Positions 13,930 through 27,400 of a stretch of DNA of 64,000 bases are shown piece after piece. The DNA is from Tubiluchus corallicola (lineage: Eukaryota; Animalia; Priapulida): NCBI GenBank assembly GCA_030141605.1, contig JAQGDQ010000236.1, positions 281,267 to 345,266 on the forward strand, read 5' to 3'. Position numbers and translations under genes: made by a program. The notes beneath the pieces were generated by a model. The model did not search any database, was not told the origin of the DNA, and saw only the letters and a list, made by a program, of their open reading frames with translations. Position 1 is the stretch's first letter; each line of letters begins with the position of its first letter.

Positions 13930-16900
13930 TTGAGAGTTTTTATGACTAAATTTCCATGTTCATTTTGTAGTGACGAATGTAAATTTAATCAATGTTCAAT
14001 ATTATTCAACACTTGTTTTCATTCGCGACATTTAAAATGTTCAACCTTATCATTAATCGATATTCACAATTCAAGTAGTAATGAGCCTTATTATTGTATG
14101 AATTGTATTAGTTCTTTACTTCCATTTCAGGGTTGTGATGACGAGGATTTTTCAGCTACCTTCAGCACGAGTGATTCAATCTACTTTTAAACCTATCTTG
14201 TACTAATCTTTCTTCATTTCTCCCACCTTTAAGTGAAGATTTTCAAGATCCAGATAACTAACCAATTCAGTACTGCTGTAAGTATTATCCTCTAAATGCC
14301 TTGAAACACTAAATTAAGACTTAACACACGTGGCTTTTGTTTTGCTCACATGTATGCATGCAGCTTTGGCCATTATTAAGCTGAGGTTCTCGAAGTTGTA
14401 GATCATTTTCCAAATCCATCTGAGATCATTGCCATTACTGAAACCTGCTTGCATAATTACACACCATTTTTCATTGACATACCTGAATACTCATTTCTCA
14501 AAAAAGACACAACTACTGCTGCTGGTGGGGTTGGCCTGTATGTTCGGAAAAACCAGGATTTTAAAATCATCGGTGACATAAAATTTAATTGCAAACAGCT
14601 ATATTGTAACCCACCTCACTCGCGACCAGCAAAATAGTAGTTGAAGACATGTGGCTAGATATAAAAACTGGAAAAATAAAGCTCCTATTTTATTTGGTTT
14701 TATACACAGGCACCGAAACAAGCCTATTAATTATTCATCTGGAAGGGTGGCTTTTGTATGTGGGATATGAATGTTAACCTTTTTCAACATAATAACAGTG
14801 GCGGCTCGTGTGTAGGTACTGTGACGCTGCAGCACCCCTTGTTTTCACTCATTATTATCGATAATATTCAATATAATCTTTGTTCTTTAGTTCTTTCTTC
14901 ATACTTGTGCAGAACCGGTGCACGTGAGGGAAGTACAATTTGCTTCGCAGGCCAAGTAACACATCGTTTGGCTGCTGTGCATATGCGGCCATGTCCACAT
15001 GTCTGAGATAAGACGTTGTACTTTAGGTAGAAAGAGTACTGTCACTCACTGCAGCACGTGTTGTCAGTTGTCATGTGCTTAAAAGCCGTTTATCAGCAAA
15101 TTCTTGAATTGCAACAATTTAGGCTATTCGTAAGAAAACAATATCAATTTTTTTAGGAGTTTATTAAGGTTATGTTTAAATTGGTTTGTTTGTTTAAAAT
15201 TACAATTACAACATTATAATTACACAGTATTTAAACATTGGCTAAAAATTTTTTATTTTGCAGCACCTGCACTAATTTTAGCTATGAGCCACCACTGCGT
15301 AATGATATTGCCTCTGTTGCCAACTATACAAGTATGGTCCATGTGCAAATAGGTTTCATCCAGTTATCACACAACCAACACACATTCTCAAACTCTAATT
15401 GACCATATTTATTACTCACATGTTTCAAAATACAATCACTGCAGGCATTCAACATGAAGGGACCGACCATTTGTCTGATTTGCCATTGTCACATCATTTC
15501 ATCTGTGTGAAAATAGGTCAAATGTGCAAATAATGGATACAAAAACTTGATCTTAGCTAACTTCCTTCAATACTTGGATCAATAACTTTCAAGTTTCTGC
15601 AATAATCAACTTAATGTGAACGATGCCCTTTCCTACCTCACAAGGAAACATTTAAAAGCACTCTTAGTAGACATGCTTCAATTCACAACTAAGTAGAAAG
15701 GGATCAATATCCTTCCAAAAATCTAGTATTACACCAGGTATTTTAAGATCTATTAGAAACAGAAGCAAGTAGAAATCACATAAGCTTTCTAACTCGACGT
15801 TTTATAAGACTTATTCGAACAAAGTAAATCATGTCAAACTGAAATCCAAAAAAGAATATCATAACCACTAACCACTTTTTGTTGAATACATTAGTAATAC
15901 TAAAACGAACTTGGACTACTATCAATAAGTCGTTGAAAATCAAAAAAACAAAGCACGGGTAACGCCTTCCTGTGCAGATGATAACGGCCGTACCGCAATT
16001 GATTTCTGCTCGATTGCAAATAAGTTCAAAAACATTTTCCAGTCTGTAGGCATTAATTTGGCCAATAAAATTCCATCTGCCACCTGATCTTGTCAGCCAT
16101 ATTTAAATGCTCTAAATGATAAATCTGTTTTCGATATTATTCAGCATTATATTCTGATAAACAAACTAAATTGCTATGGAATCAGAGGTCCTATCCTGGA
16201 TTTCCTTAAATCTTATCTTTCTTATCGAAAACGGTTTACCAAAATTAACAAAACTTGTTCTGATATGCTGGATGTAAAATTTGCTGTACATCAAGGTTCC
16301 ACTTTGGGACCACTGCTTTTCCTTATTTACATTAATTATCTTCCTTTTGCTTCAAGTTTTAACACACGTCTTTTTGCTGACGACACAAGCCTTTCCCTTA
16401 CATCCTCTAATTTATTAACATTACAACAGCATACTAACAATGAGTTGACCAAGATTCATAACTGGATGGAAGAAAACAAATTATCTGCTAACTACTCCGA
16501 AACTAAACACATGTTAATTAGTAGCAAACATTCTCAACATGATTATTCCACTTTTGATCTTAAAATTGGTAAGATATCTCCATCTCAAGACAGCATTTAA
16601 TACCTTGGACTACACATACATAGTAATATGAAATGACCAACGCACATTTCTACTATAACAACTAAATTAAATAAAACTGCAAGTATTTTTGCAAAGCTAA
16701 GACACTTTACTAATTCAAATATTTTGAATATTATTAACTTTGCCTTTGTGTATCTGTACTTCCAGTACTGCGTGTTGTTGTAGTGGCAAACTAAACGATA
16801 CATATTGCAACCATTAGTGTCATTGCAGAACAAAATAGTTAAATCTATGACCTTTGCTAATTACAGAGACCACGCAACACCATCCTATTTACAGCTTAAG

Positions 16901-17225
16901 GTAATGAAAATCGAAGCTACATCTACAAACTCGAATTATTCAAATAAATGTACAAATTCATCAACCACCAATTACCTGAACTTTATGCTAATTACTTAAC
17001 TTTAATCCACAATGTTCAATTGTTCATTCGCACTACACCAGATCTTCTAGTAGAGGTCACTTTTTCAAAAACGATTTAATACAACTTATGGTTTTAGTTC
17101 ATTACAGCACAATGAAGTTATATTATGGAACAATATGCCTCATAATATAACTTCTTCTCCTTCTATAATTGTAGCTTCTAAACCCTACAAGAATTTTTTA
17201 ATCAGCAAATATTCTTCCGTGTAGA
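13930..17225 (+). mobile_element. Decayed CR1/L2-group LINE (PHD-like finger, AP endonuclease, reverse transcriptase), interrupted by a MITE
   Basis: CSFCSDEC..HLKC..YYCMNC; IIAITET, AAGGVGLYVR, DMNVNL, LIDHI (APE); KLNCYGIRG, QGSTLGPLLFLIYINYL, LFADDTSL, YLGLHI (RT). Many stops and frameshifts, plus an internal deletion near 16120. Confidence 0.88.
14796..15297. mobile_element. hAT-like MITE nested in the LINE
   Basis: TIRs CAGTGGCGGCTC / GAGCCACCACTG; diverged 8 bp TSD CATAATAA / CGTAATGA. Confidence 0.75.
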
Positions 17226-18398
17226 AGTTTTTTTTATTCATGTGTGTCTATTTGCAAGAGTGTCTTTTTTATACTTGTGACTTTACAATTTTATTTTTTG
17301 CTTATATAATTAAATAAATTATACAAGCTATATTATTTAATAATTTGCTGTTAATTCTGCATTGGCTCAGCCAGATTTTCTTGTCATCACACCCTGCCTC
17401 AGTAATTTACTGCTAAATGATCTTTTTAAGCAGTATCAACCCAATTGCTCACATGGTATTTATCTAATTATTGCAGTTTAACTGAAAATGAGTCTCATTA
17501 ACATTGATAGCAGACCTTTATAGGTTGAAGTTCTCTTGTTTGACTATTTTTTCAACTTTCGTTTTCTTCCAAACAGTGGTATTCTATTTGCAAATTAATT
17601 CTCAAATTACTAGAGCTTTGTTCGATGCCTCTTCTACTGAAAAGCTGCATAAGCTGTATAATTTTTGAGCAACAATGTAAAGGTTACAGGAATATAATAT
17701 TATGTGTGTGCTTGATTGCGTGCGTGCATTCGTGCGTGACTGCATGCGTGTATGCGTGTGTGCGTACGTGCTATATAAAATTATGTACTATATGCAAACT
17801 AAGTATTTCTCATTACAGATATTACTTATTTTCTAATCTCAATATTTTCTTCCTCCTTAATAATTAGTCATGTTTATTTAATGTATATACAAAAATTAAC
17901 CTTCTCTCCTCATAAGTATTACCGTTACTATCCTCTTCAGTTTTGCTCGTAAGTTGATATATCAAATTATTGATTAATTCAGTTTAAATTACTCATAATT
18001 TCTTTATTCTAATAATTATTATGTCTTGTTACATTAGTATAATAATAGTAGTTACGTAATTCTCCTCCAGACAATGACAATCGGTGTGTGTAAATGACCA
18101 CTTGATCCTACACTCCCTCACACAAACCACATTTGCTCATTGATTAACTGTAACTGTGTCCTAGTTTTATGTGTGAAATAAAATATCATAGTCATGGTTC
18201 AATCGACAATTATTTTGTGGAAAAATATGGGGTTTCTATGAGCGCACTCGCTTTACCACTAATTACGACAGTATAACAGTATAACAAGCTTCAGCAAGCA
18301 CAATCAAGCCAGCTGACGATTATAATAATGTAGCTGGCTAAGTGCGTTTTCGGTGCGCCCACTGAGTCTGTGCGTTTAGCGATCTACAGACGAAGAAT

Positions 18399-18459
18399 AT
18401 GGCAACTTACAGAGAATTGTGAATTTATAATGAAAATTGCTTGTAATGAGTATATTTAA
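18399..18459 (+). promoter_or_regulatory. Two upstream ORFs in the PLEKHM1-like leader
   Basis: uORF1 18399-18422 (MATYREL*). uORF2 18430-18459 (MKIACNEYI*) overlaps the main ATG at 18446 out of frame. This depends on the TSS lying upstream of 18399. Confidence 0.45.
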
Positions 18460-21400
18460 TTGGGGCAAAGGTGGGTATATAAATGTGGCTCTAGTCGGAC
18501 CCCGATTTTGTGTCGTACACAAAGACACTGAGCTGGATAAATCTTGCGCTGGGATCGTGTAATTTAATCTCGTTTGTGATTATTTTATTTTTAATTATTC
18601 AGGTTTTGTGTTTTTATTAGTTCTTTGTAGTTGTTGCATAAAGTATGATTTCTGAAGAGGACATAATTTCTTATTAGATTTAAGTAGGCTATTTAAGTAA
18701 GTAAATAACTTGCACAAATTTATATTTTTGCAACGTTGCGTAATTGTATTTGTTGTATTTTGCATTTGTCTTGTGCTTTGTTTTTTGTAATTAGAATTTT
18801 TTGCCATGGTGCATTATTGTATTTGTGCAATAAACTTGTATTGAATTGAGCGTTTTCATATCATATCATCATATCACATTCAAATTCGATGATGTTAGGT
18901 CTTAGATGTTAGGCATATCTAACTGTTGATCGATCATAACTGTCAGCACTTTAAAAAATTTTAAGTGGCACAGCCTCAGACTATATCGGCAGTTCAGCCA
19001 TATACTGTATCAGTATATTGTCTAGTTTGGATAGAGGATTATGGATATAGGATTATACTATATGGAGTTTGGAGAGACTACATTCTCCGGGAGGTTGTTC
19101 CAGTGATCTACAACCGTCAAGCTGAAGAAGTTGTGTCGTGTAGCAGTGCAATTATACCTTTTCTTTAACTTTTATGAATGTCCCCTAGTTCATGTCTGAT
19201 AATCTCTTTGCTGGACCATGCAAGTTTATGAATTCTATGTATAAATTTGTGTACTTCTATCATATCGTCTCGGACCTGTCTGTACCGCATACTAATCAAC
19301 CCTAAAGCGTTTAGATCAGGGATGTGCAAATTGCGGCCTGCCGAGAGATATTCAAAAGAAAATATTTTTGAATTTTCATATTCAAAAGAAAAAGTCATCA
19401 GAAAATTTTGTTGTGGTTTCAATTTTTTAAGACATTCTTGTTTGTTTGTCAGTCTTTATTCGAACAATTATTCAATTTTTTCAAACAGTTATTAGTAAAT
19501 ACCACTCCTGGTTTTTTTTTGGTTTTAAACCTTTTTACTTACAGTTTTATCCACTTTGTAAGTCATTAAAAATGCATCGTTGAGGACTGTGAATTAGGAC
19601 AAACAGCTGACATATTTTAAATTACATGTTAATTTAGGTTCATTGTCAAAAGATGAGTTGGACCAGCAAGCTAATATTCGAAAAACTTTGACGCAAGAAC
19701 TGGCTCGATGTGTGAAACAATTACAGCAAGAGCAAATTGGTACTGATGAACCAGTCTATAGGCATGTTATTTTAATAATAATTCTGATGTTCAAGCAAAG
19801 AGTATTATGCAAATAGTTATTGCAAGAGTAGATTTTCCTGGTACTGAAGCATGCAAGTCTGCTTAGTTAATTAATTTATTATTTATTAGGCACAAAAATA
19901 AATATATACATTTTATGCAGGAGTAAATATAAACAGTAAAATTATATAGCCATGATCAATACGAAGGTTGTGCCATGGATGACAGCAAAATTGATGATCA
20001 ACAATTTTGTTTACACATTTTCATTATATTGCGGTTTGAAGTGTAACATTGGTGTGTGTTTCTGTAATTTTTGATCAGTTAACGTGTTGTCAAGATTGTA
20101 TTCTGTTGTAACGGTATTTCAGTATTATTTTTAAGGATGCAATAAGCACATTATTATTAAATTTTGGAACCAAAATTAGTTGAAGAGTCTTGAGGTTTGA
20201 ATTAAGATCTCTAATGGTCACCGGGGCAGAGTGGTCATCTTGTATATGTTGTAAGCAAAATATCCTTGGTTCAAGTCCATCTCGATGGTTTCACATTTCC
20301 TTTCTTTCAAACAAGTTTCATTTCTAAATTTAATAATTGTGGTTTCACCCCATCATATCTTACAAATGCTTTATAATAACAGTGAACATAAATTAATTTC
20401 AGTAGTTGAACTCATCTGTAAACCTTTTCATTTTACAAGCACGGAATCCAATACTTAGACACAACTTAATGTTGATGGTTGTGGGCTTGTGGCAAGACTG
20501 AAACCTAGCTCATCATTGAAGGTCATATACTATACTGTCAGAGGTATCTTAGCCACATTTTGTTGTGTGTAAATTCTCCTGTAGCTGGCAGATAATTGCC
20601 GAGAAGCAGTTGTCTCGCTTGTCCTGATGCTCGCTCTGAGTCACTCACCTATTTGCAACCCGGCATGGCTTTGCTTTACTTCAGGTGCATTTAGCTATTT
20701 GCTTCATTTCACAGCAATGTCAACAAGAGGAAGGTCATAATGATTTTTTTGTCTGAGATTGTAGAATGGGATGTAAGGTACAGGAACAAGTAAATGCATC
20801 ATACAGTACCACACTTAGTAATTTATAATGGTTGGCCAGCTATATGGGATGAACTTTCGACTGCCTTGTCCACTAGGCAATGCAGTGACCTAGTGGTTAA
20901 GGCATCTGCAAATTAAACAGGAGGCCTCTGGTTCAAGTCCAAGCTGCATCTCACTGTTTTCACGTTTCATGTCTTTCGTGTTTGGTGTCAAAATTTATCA
21001 ATTGTGGATTTGTAACATCTTTAACACTAAGTTATGTTAACTTCTTCAGGACCTCACCATTTAAAATAGGTCTCATAGGACCTATGGTTTTTCTGCTACT
21101 GTATGAACACAGACACAACTAAATGATTACAAAATAGGTACTGTTCCATTCAAGAGAATCTCGGCTATCCAATCATGCAGTTTCTTTAAACATTTATAAG
21201 TGCTTTAATTGGATAAAATTAAAATAAACACACCCTTTTGAGGCACTCCAATTTAGCTTATTGAATAGCTTAGTGTGGCGTACACTTTCATGATCGTACA
21301 CACTATTTTATTGATTGGTTGCTCGTTACAGCCCAAGAGAGCCCTCTGCTATACAAATTTCCAGGAAGAGCCAATTGATCAACCAAGGAGGAATTAAGAT

Positions 21401-24400
21401 TTTAATAGGAATTTCCCCTTAAAAATAAAGTAGATTTGAGGCCAATTTGTTGTGTCTGGATAGTTGAAATTTTCTGCGTTAGCCGATTTCACACAAGTGA
21501 TACTTTGCATTGTTGCAGTGCAAACACTGCAGTTACTGAAAGTTTATTCAATTTTTTATTCTAAAATTGATTATTAATTTGTCTAAGGTAAAGAAATGCA
21601 TTTCACATATAATTTTACATGAACGTTCATTGTGTGAAGAGTAGAAACCTACAAAAATTATCAAACATTACATAATTGCTGCATAGTGAAAGCAGTTTTT
21701 CATAAACTATGCAAAATGCAGCAAACGTTTACTCTCCTAAAGGAGTTAATTAGTGATCTTATATTAATGTTAGTCATGTGTCACAGTACTAAATTATAGC
21801 TTAATTTAGCTCTTTCTGTTTAGTGGTGATGCAGCAAATGCAGTTTGTAGCACATTAGAGGCCACATTTATCCATGGTTTGAAAGATTCTTTCTACAATA
21901 AAGCTTCCTCACTATTAATTGGTGGAGAGCGGGTGCCTGAACCGGTAAGTCCCATAGCTTAGTGGTTAAGCAGAGATTGGAAATTTTTTTACAAAGAATA
22001 CTCATAGTTGTTTAAATAATCACTTTTAATGTTTGCACTTGCACTTGTGATATATTGTTACGTAAGTGTATTCCATGTGTAGAAAATTTTTTTTCGAAAA
22101 AAAGGTGTTGCTAGTTCAATAAAGCTAATAAATTACAGTCAATTACAGTTAATTAATAAAATAAGTTATACAGTTTTCGCCTGTATAAGTGGGATATTTT
22201 CCTTACCAAAACTTCATGTTCTTAAATCAAGAGAAGTAGTGCATATGCTGCATTATTTATTGGACAAGTTCTTCTAAACATACATTTTCTTTAAATGTTG
22301 CTGGTTTAATAAAATCAATGATGCCACTTTTTCATTGATTTTTTGATTTTAAAATACTGGAGTGTACCTTTAATGCAATAGAAAATGCAATAGTGTGCTA
22401 GTGTGAAAGGTGCAGTAAGTGCTTTTTTTTAACAGAACGTGTGTCAAAATGAATACTCTGTTACATATATTTATTATTACTTTATCTTAAAATATTTTAT
22501 TTTTGAAATTTTCATCATTGATGTTTTGCAGTCATTTTGGGGATGCGTATCAGCTTTTACTCACAAAGATGTGCTTTCCCAAATATATCATCTTAGCCAG
22601 ATAAACACTGAGATTGGTTATTGTCGTGTAAGTATGCTTGCTTGTTTGGTAATACAAGCAAGAATAAAATTAAGATAAAAACAGTCGTCATCCTTTTCAA
22701 AGCAAATCGACTTTGGAGTATTTATTTACTTCAAAGATTCTTCCTTAGTGCTAAATCCAAGTTATAATATTCAAAATAAAAATTAGTTATAAAAAACATA
22801 TCGTTCTGTATACAGCTATCAGTATAAAACATGAATGAATATAAGAATGAATAAAACCAGCAGAAATTCGTGCTTTTTATTCTAATTTTCATTTCTTGTT
22901 TTATAACTTTAGGTTTACTCACTGATGATGGAATTTCCTAGTAGATGAATACCCTTTATTCCATTTAGTTTAAAAAAGACTGTTTTTATCTTAATTTTTA
23001 TTTGGACCGGTTGGAATTATTTCACTATTCTGAATCTTTACTTTCAATAGTTAAAAACCTTAAGGTTGATAAAGGAAGTTGGTTTTATAAATGTATTTTG
23101 TTGTGGTATTCTTGCATTACTAAGATCATTTCTCTGAATAGAATTAAGGGGTAGCATTAATAAATGAATAAAAATGAATTAATAAATTGCTGAGTTAATT
23201 AATTTGTATCTGATATGTATTATACTTATTACTTTATATTAAATAATAAGTTGAAATTCTAACATCATAAATGTATAAATAAATTGAACAGTGCATAGAA
23301 AAGTAGGAATTGTAGTACAGCCAATAACGTGTATAATATCAAACGTAGAATTCTAGTCAGTGGGACAAATTTGACAATTGCTGCAAAATTCATGTAATCT
23401 GCTTTTCAATAATTCAAATTGAAAGCGTTCATATTGTTTTTCGCAGAATCGATTTAAAAGCTTTACTACATAATTTTAGATATTAGTTCTATCCTACCAT
23501 GTTATCCTGCCATGTAAAACATTGAAAGGCAAGTTGGTTTTTTTTTTGCAGAAATGGTTACATTAAGGAATCATTATTGTCTTAAAAGCCCACCTTTGTC
23601 AGTTTTTCAATGATCCTTTCGTTATTTTAGGATTCTTATGCTTTGTTTAGCACTGCGAGAAATATCATTAATTAGAGACGGCTTTCTAATTCAGTAAGTA
23701 CGAGAGTGGGTGTTCTGATTCTGCACATTTTTTGCCAATTGTTTTTTGTTTAATTATGTCAGGTTTGGATTCGCATGGCTGTGAATGATGGACTGATAGA
23801 TAGCTACATTGATTCACTATTGTCTGACCAAGAATGCCTTAGGTGTGTTTTTTTTACAACTTGACATTCTGTTAGTGGAGTTCTAGAATTCACTTAGCAA
23901 GAGCTGCCTAAGCTAGACTGGTGGCATGACTGGACTCTCTTATTTCAAGGATAATCTTGTACTGTAAGACACTGAGCCAGCATATGTACCTTATCTATGT
24001 TTGGATGCATATACATCCTCCCTCCATGATTAAAAGAAGGGGTTGTATGACCGGTGAAACTGTCTAAAAGGCATACCCACCCACTTACTATCCAGGTTTA
24101 GCTTCAACTTTGATCGCTAAGCACATTCCTTGACCAATTGACTGCTTCTCTCCTCTAATAGTAATTAAGTTGTCATAAATAAATAGTCTTCAATACACTA
24201 TGTATTATGTAGGTTGTACGTGTTTGATTTAGTTATGCTAAACTAATTGAATGGTTGTGTCTAAACAAAGCAATACTGTGTTTATGTTAGTATTTAAGTG
24301 CCAATTCGTTTAATTGCTATCTCTTTGCCTTTATGTTTTGCTTGCAAAATTACTGTAGTCTAGCTGTTTTTTTATCTTGTGGAACTTTATTTTCAAGCCA

Positions 24401-27400
24401 CCAGCCTTCGTCATCATTCTTCTTGTTGTTACCAGTGCTTACTGTTTCATCTTACTTTGTTTTTTTAAATTCCATATGGCTCACTAAAACTGAGCATGAA
24501 TGTACTTTATTGGTAGAGCTGGCCTTTTTTTATTTCTCCATCGAGAAATTTGTAAAAAATCTATGGGATATGATTTCTACATTTTATGTTTTGTAGACTT
24601 TACAGATCAGAAAAAACTTTGAAAAGTAGCTTTGGTTTGATGAACTAAGTGACTATAACAAGAAAGATAGTGGAGCATTTCATATAATTTTCGTTGCATT
24701 CTTTGTTTATATATGCCGAGGCACAAAGGAAAATTTGTGTGCTTGCATAGCAAAATCGTTCATAAGTCGGCAATTAATTTTTTCTGGTTATTCACATATT
24801 TTGAATCTCCATTTCGTGAGAATCATTTTGATATCAAGCTCAGCACTCTATGTTATTTCTAAGCTGAGATAATCCACATTGAAGTTCAGGTGTATGCTAC
24901 ATGCTGAGAAAATCGCTGTTAAAGTTAACCATTGCTTTTCGTCCCGTTTCTATAAAACACTTAGCAACCGCACCATTGTTGGTTGCTATGGACTTTGCAA
25001 AAACACAATGATGTTATGTTTAAATCGAGTAAAGTTTGCAAGCACACATATGTGCTTAAAAACCACCAGGTAAAATTTAAAGTAAGCTTGTTTACTATGT
25101 GTGGTACCAATGTTTTTGCAGGTATTTCTACTCACGATGGGCATACCTTCGAGACACTGAAGAACCAGACATCATGAAAAATGTCTTGCAAGGTTTGTAA
25201 CAAAAATCACCTATGTGTATTAAGAACAAAGTGTTGCTAACTTCACGCAATGTTTCAGAATTGCTTGTTCTCATTTAGAACGAGAAGAATAGCCAAGTGG
25301 TTGCTGTGTTTGCTTAGTTGTCAAGTGAAGCATTTCCAAGTCTGTGGAGTAAACGGATGCTTGATGGCAGAACGACTTCTGCACATTTTGAATGCCATGC
25401 TGCTTCAGGTTGCCTTTCCATCAAAGTAGATTGTCCATACATCTGAGCATTGTTATGACATTTCAATGTTTGAATGTCTTAGGGGATTCGAGTTTGTAAT
25501 GACCTAAGTTTTTGTCCTGCCACATCCATTCAGCATTAGTAGTAGACCCTGCTACTAGGTTTTGAATTCTAACTTGTAGTGTGTCAAGTATATCTCATTT
25601 CTAAGGTTTTAGAGTCATTTATAGGCTTGATTTTAAGTGTAGAAAAATAAAACTCTGTTTGCTTTTAACCTAGTTGGATTTTCAATATTTGATTGTAATT
25701 GTCTTTGTGAAATTGTGTTGATATTGCTTTTTCGAATTATTCAAGATGTTTTGAGTCGAATGTCATTATTAAGAAATTTTCCAGGATTTTTTTCTGCAAG
25801 GTTTGAGTGCTATTGCTTTTGAGCGTTAATATGTGCTTTAGGCCGAACTGATTTACTTGAAATTAGATTAGTAAGTGGGGCTTAAGGGGTTTACTATGGC
25901 CTGATAGGGTATTATACCTTGAAAGTTTTAATATAGATTTAGGGGATCTTATTGTAGATCTAGAGGGCTTATGGCCTTGAAGGGTTTACCGTAGACCTCG
26001 TGGGGTTTATTGCAAATGTTCAGCAGTTTACTGTAGGTCTTTAGGGTTACTATGTATGTTAAGGAAGCATTTGCTTATTAAATTTAAGAGAATTTCATCA
26101 CAAAATTTCCGAGAAGCTGCAATTAGTAAATGAAATAGAATGCTTAATTAATAAGTTTTATTGACAAATTGTCTGTAAAGTATTATATAGTGCTGTAGTG
26201 GATCATTCTGTTTCTATGCCGCACTAGTGGTTGGATGCTGTGACTTCAGATTTTTGAAGCTTATTACATTATTAGCATGAATGTTATGAATTGTCCATTT
26301 TGACGATAACTCAAGGAGGAAATCGTAGTTTTTGCCACCGGCTTTGTGAAATAGATATGGTGCATTTAGGTGACACATGACAAAATGTCCTGTTGCAGAA
26401 TGTGCACGTGATCATCCAGTAAATTTAGTGCAATTAATTTCGGAAAGACATGTTTTGTTGCTGCCGAGCCGAGGAATAATTGTGAGCGCACAAAACTAAC
26501 TGCATCTCAGCACTGATCCTGGTTAAATTGTTTAGTGCTTATGTTGCAGTTGCAAAAGTGATGCTTTGTTTTTCTCTATTTTCAGGCTTATTACATTTCA
26601 AGTTCAAGTTGGCCTACAATTCTAGTATCTTGAATCAGTGGACTGCTACACCATTATCTTTGGCAGGCATTTGGAGGCCTGCAGTTATTTCTCCTAAAGG
26701 TTTGTAGTACATAGTCAGTGTAATGAATGGCAGATGTCGTTGTTTACTTATTTATTAGCACATCTAATAATAAATAAGTAAACTATTCCTAGAAACAAAC
26801 CATGTTACTTAAATACAATAAACCTTTTCGCACTTTCGTTGTATGCACGCGCAGCCGCTGTAGCTCATAGGTTAAGTGTACCACAGCAACGCGTCTTAAT
26901 TACAAACGTCATGTGATCTCTGTGTAAAGCAAAGCTGTCTGCTGCATCAGTTAGGTAACTTTTACGTGGTCTTTACTTAACTATGCATTAGTCCTTGTGT
27001 AGAGTGATTTACTAGCAGGATCTTGCTTGGGAACAAGGAAAAATGAACTAGGTAAGGCTCTGTCCAGCTGTTAAAACTGTTACTATTACAACAGCATGGG
27101 CTGCAAGGGCTTGTCAAGTGTACACAAATGCGTTATTTGGTACACTAACCTTTGACCTATTGATGGTCAGTCGCTGGTACTGTGAAAAGGTTTATTGCTA
27201 TTATTCAGCTGACGTAAGAGGTAATACTGTATTCAGTAAATCAGACCAGTGAAAAGGAAACTCAGTGATTAAAAGATAATGTTTGCTTTGCTGGTATATT
27301 AGTGATTATTAGTTCTTTGATGACTTGGGGCACTTCACATTTAATTCCAAAAAATTGTGAATTCAGTTAAACCAGTTGCAGTGGCAACGTCTGTACCTGT

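Noticed and set aside
18360-18370. CACTGAGTCTG shared with ~57617, near two candidate promoters
   Set aside because: A single shared 11-mer in 64 kb is not significant without more instances.
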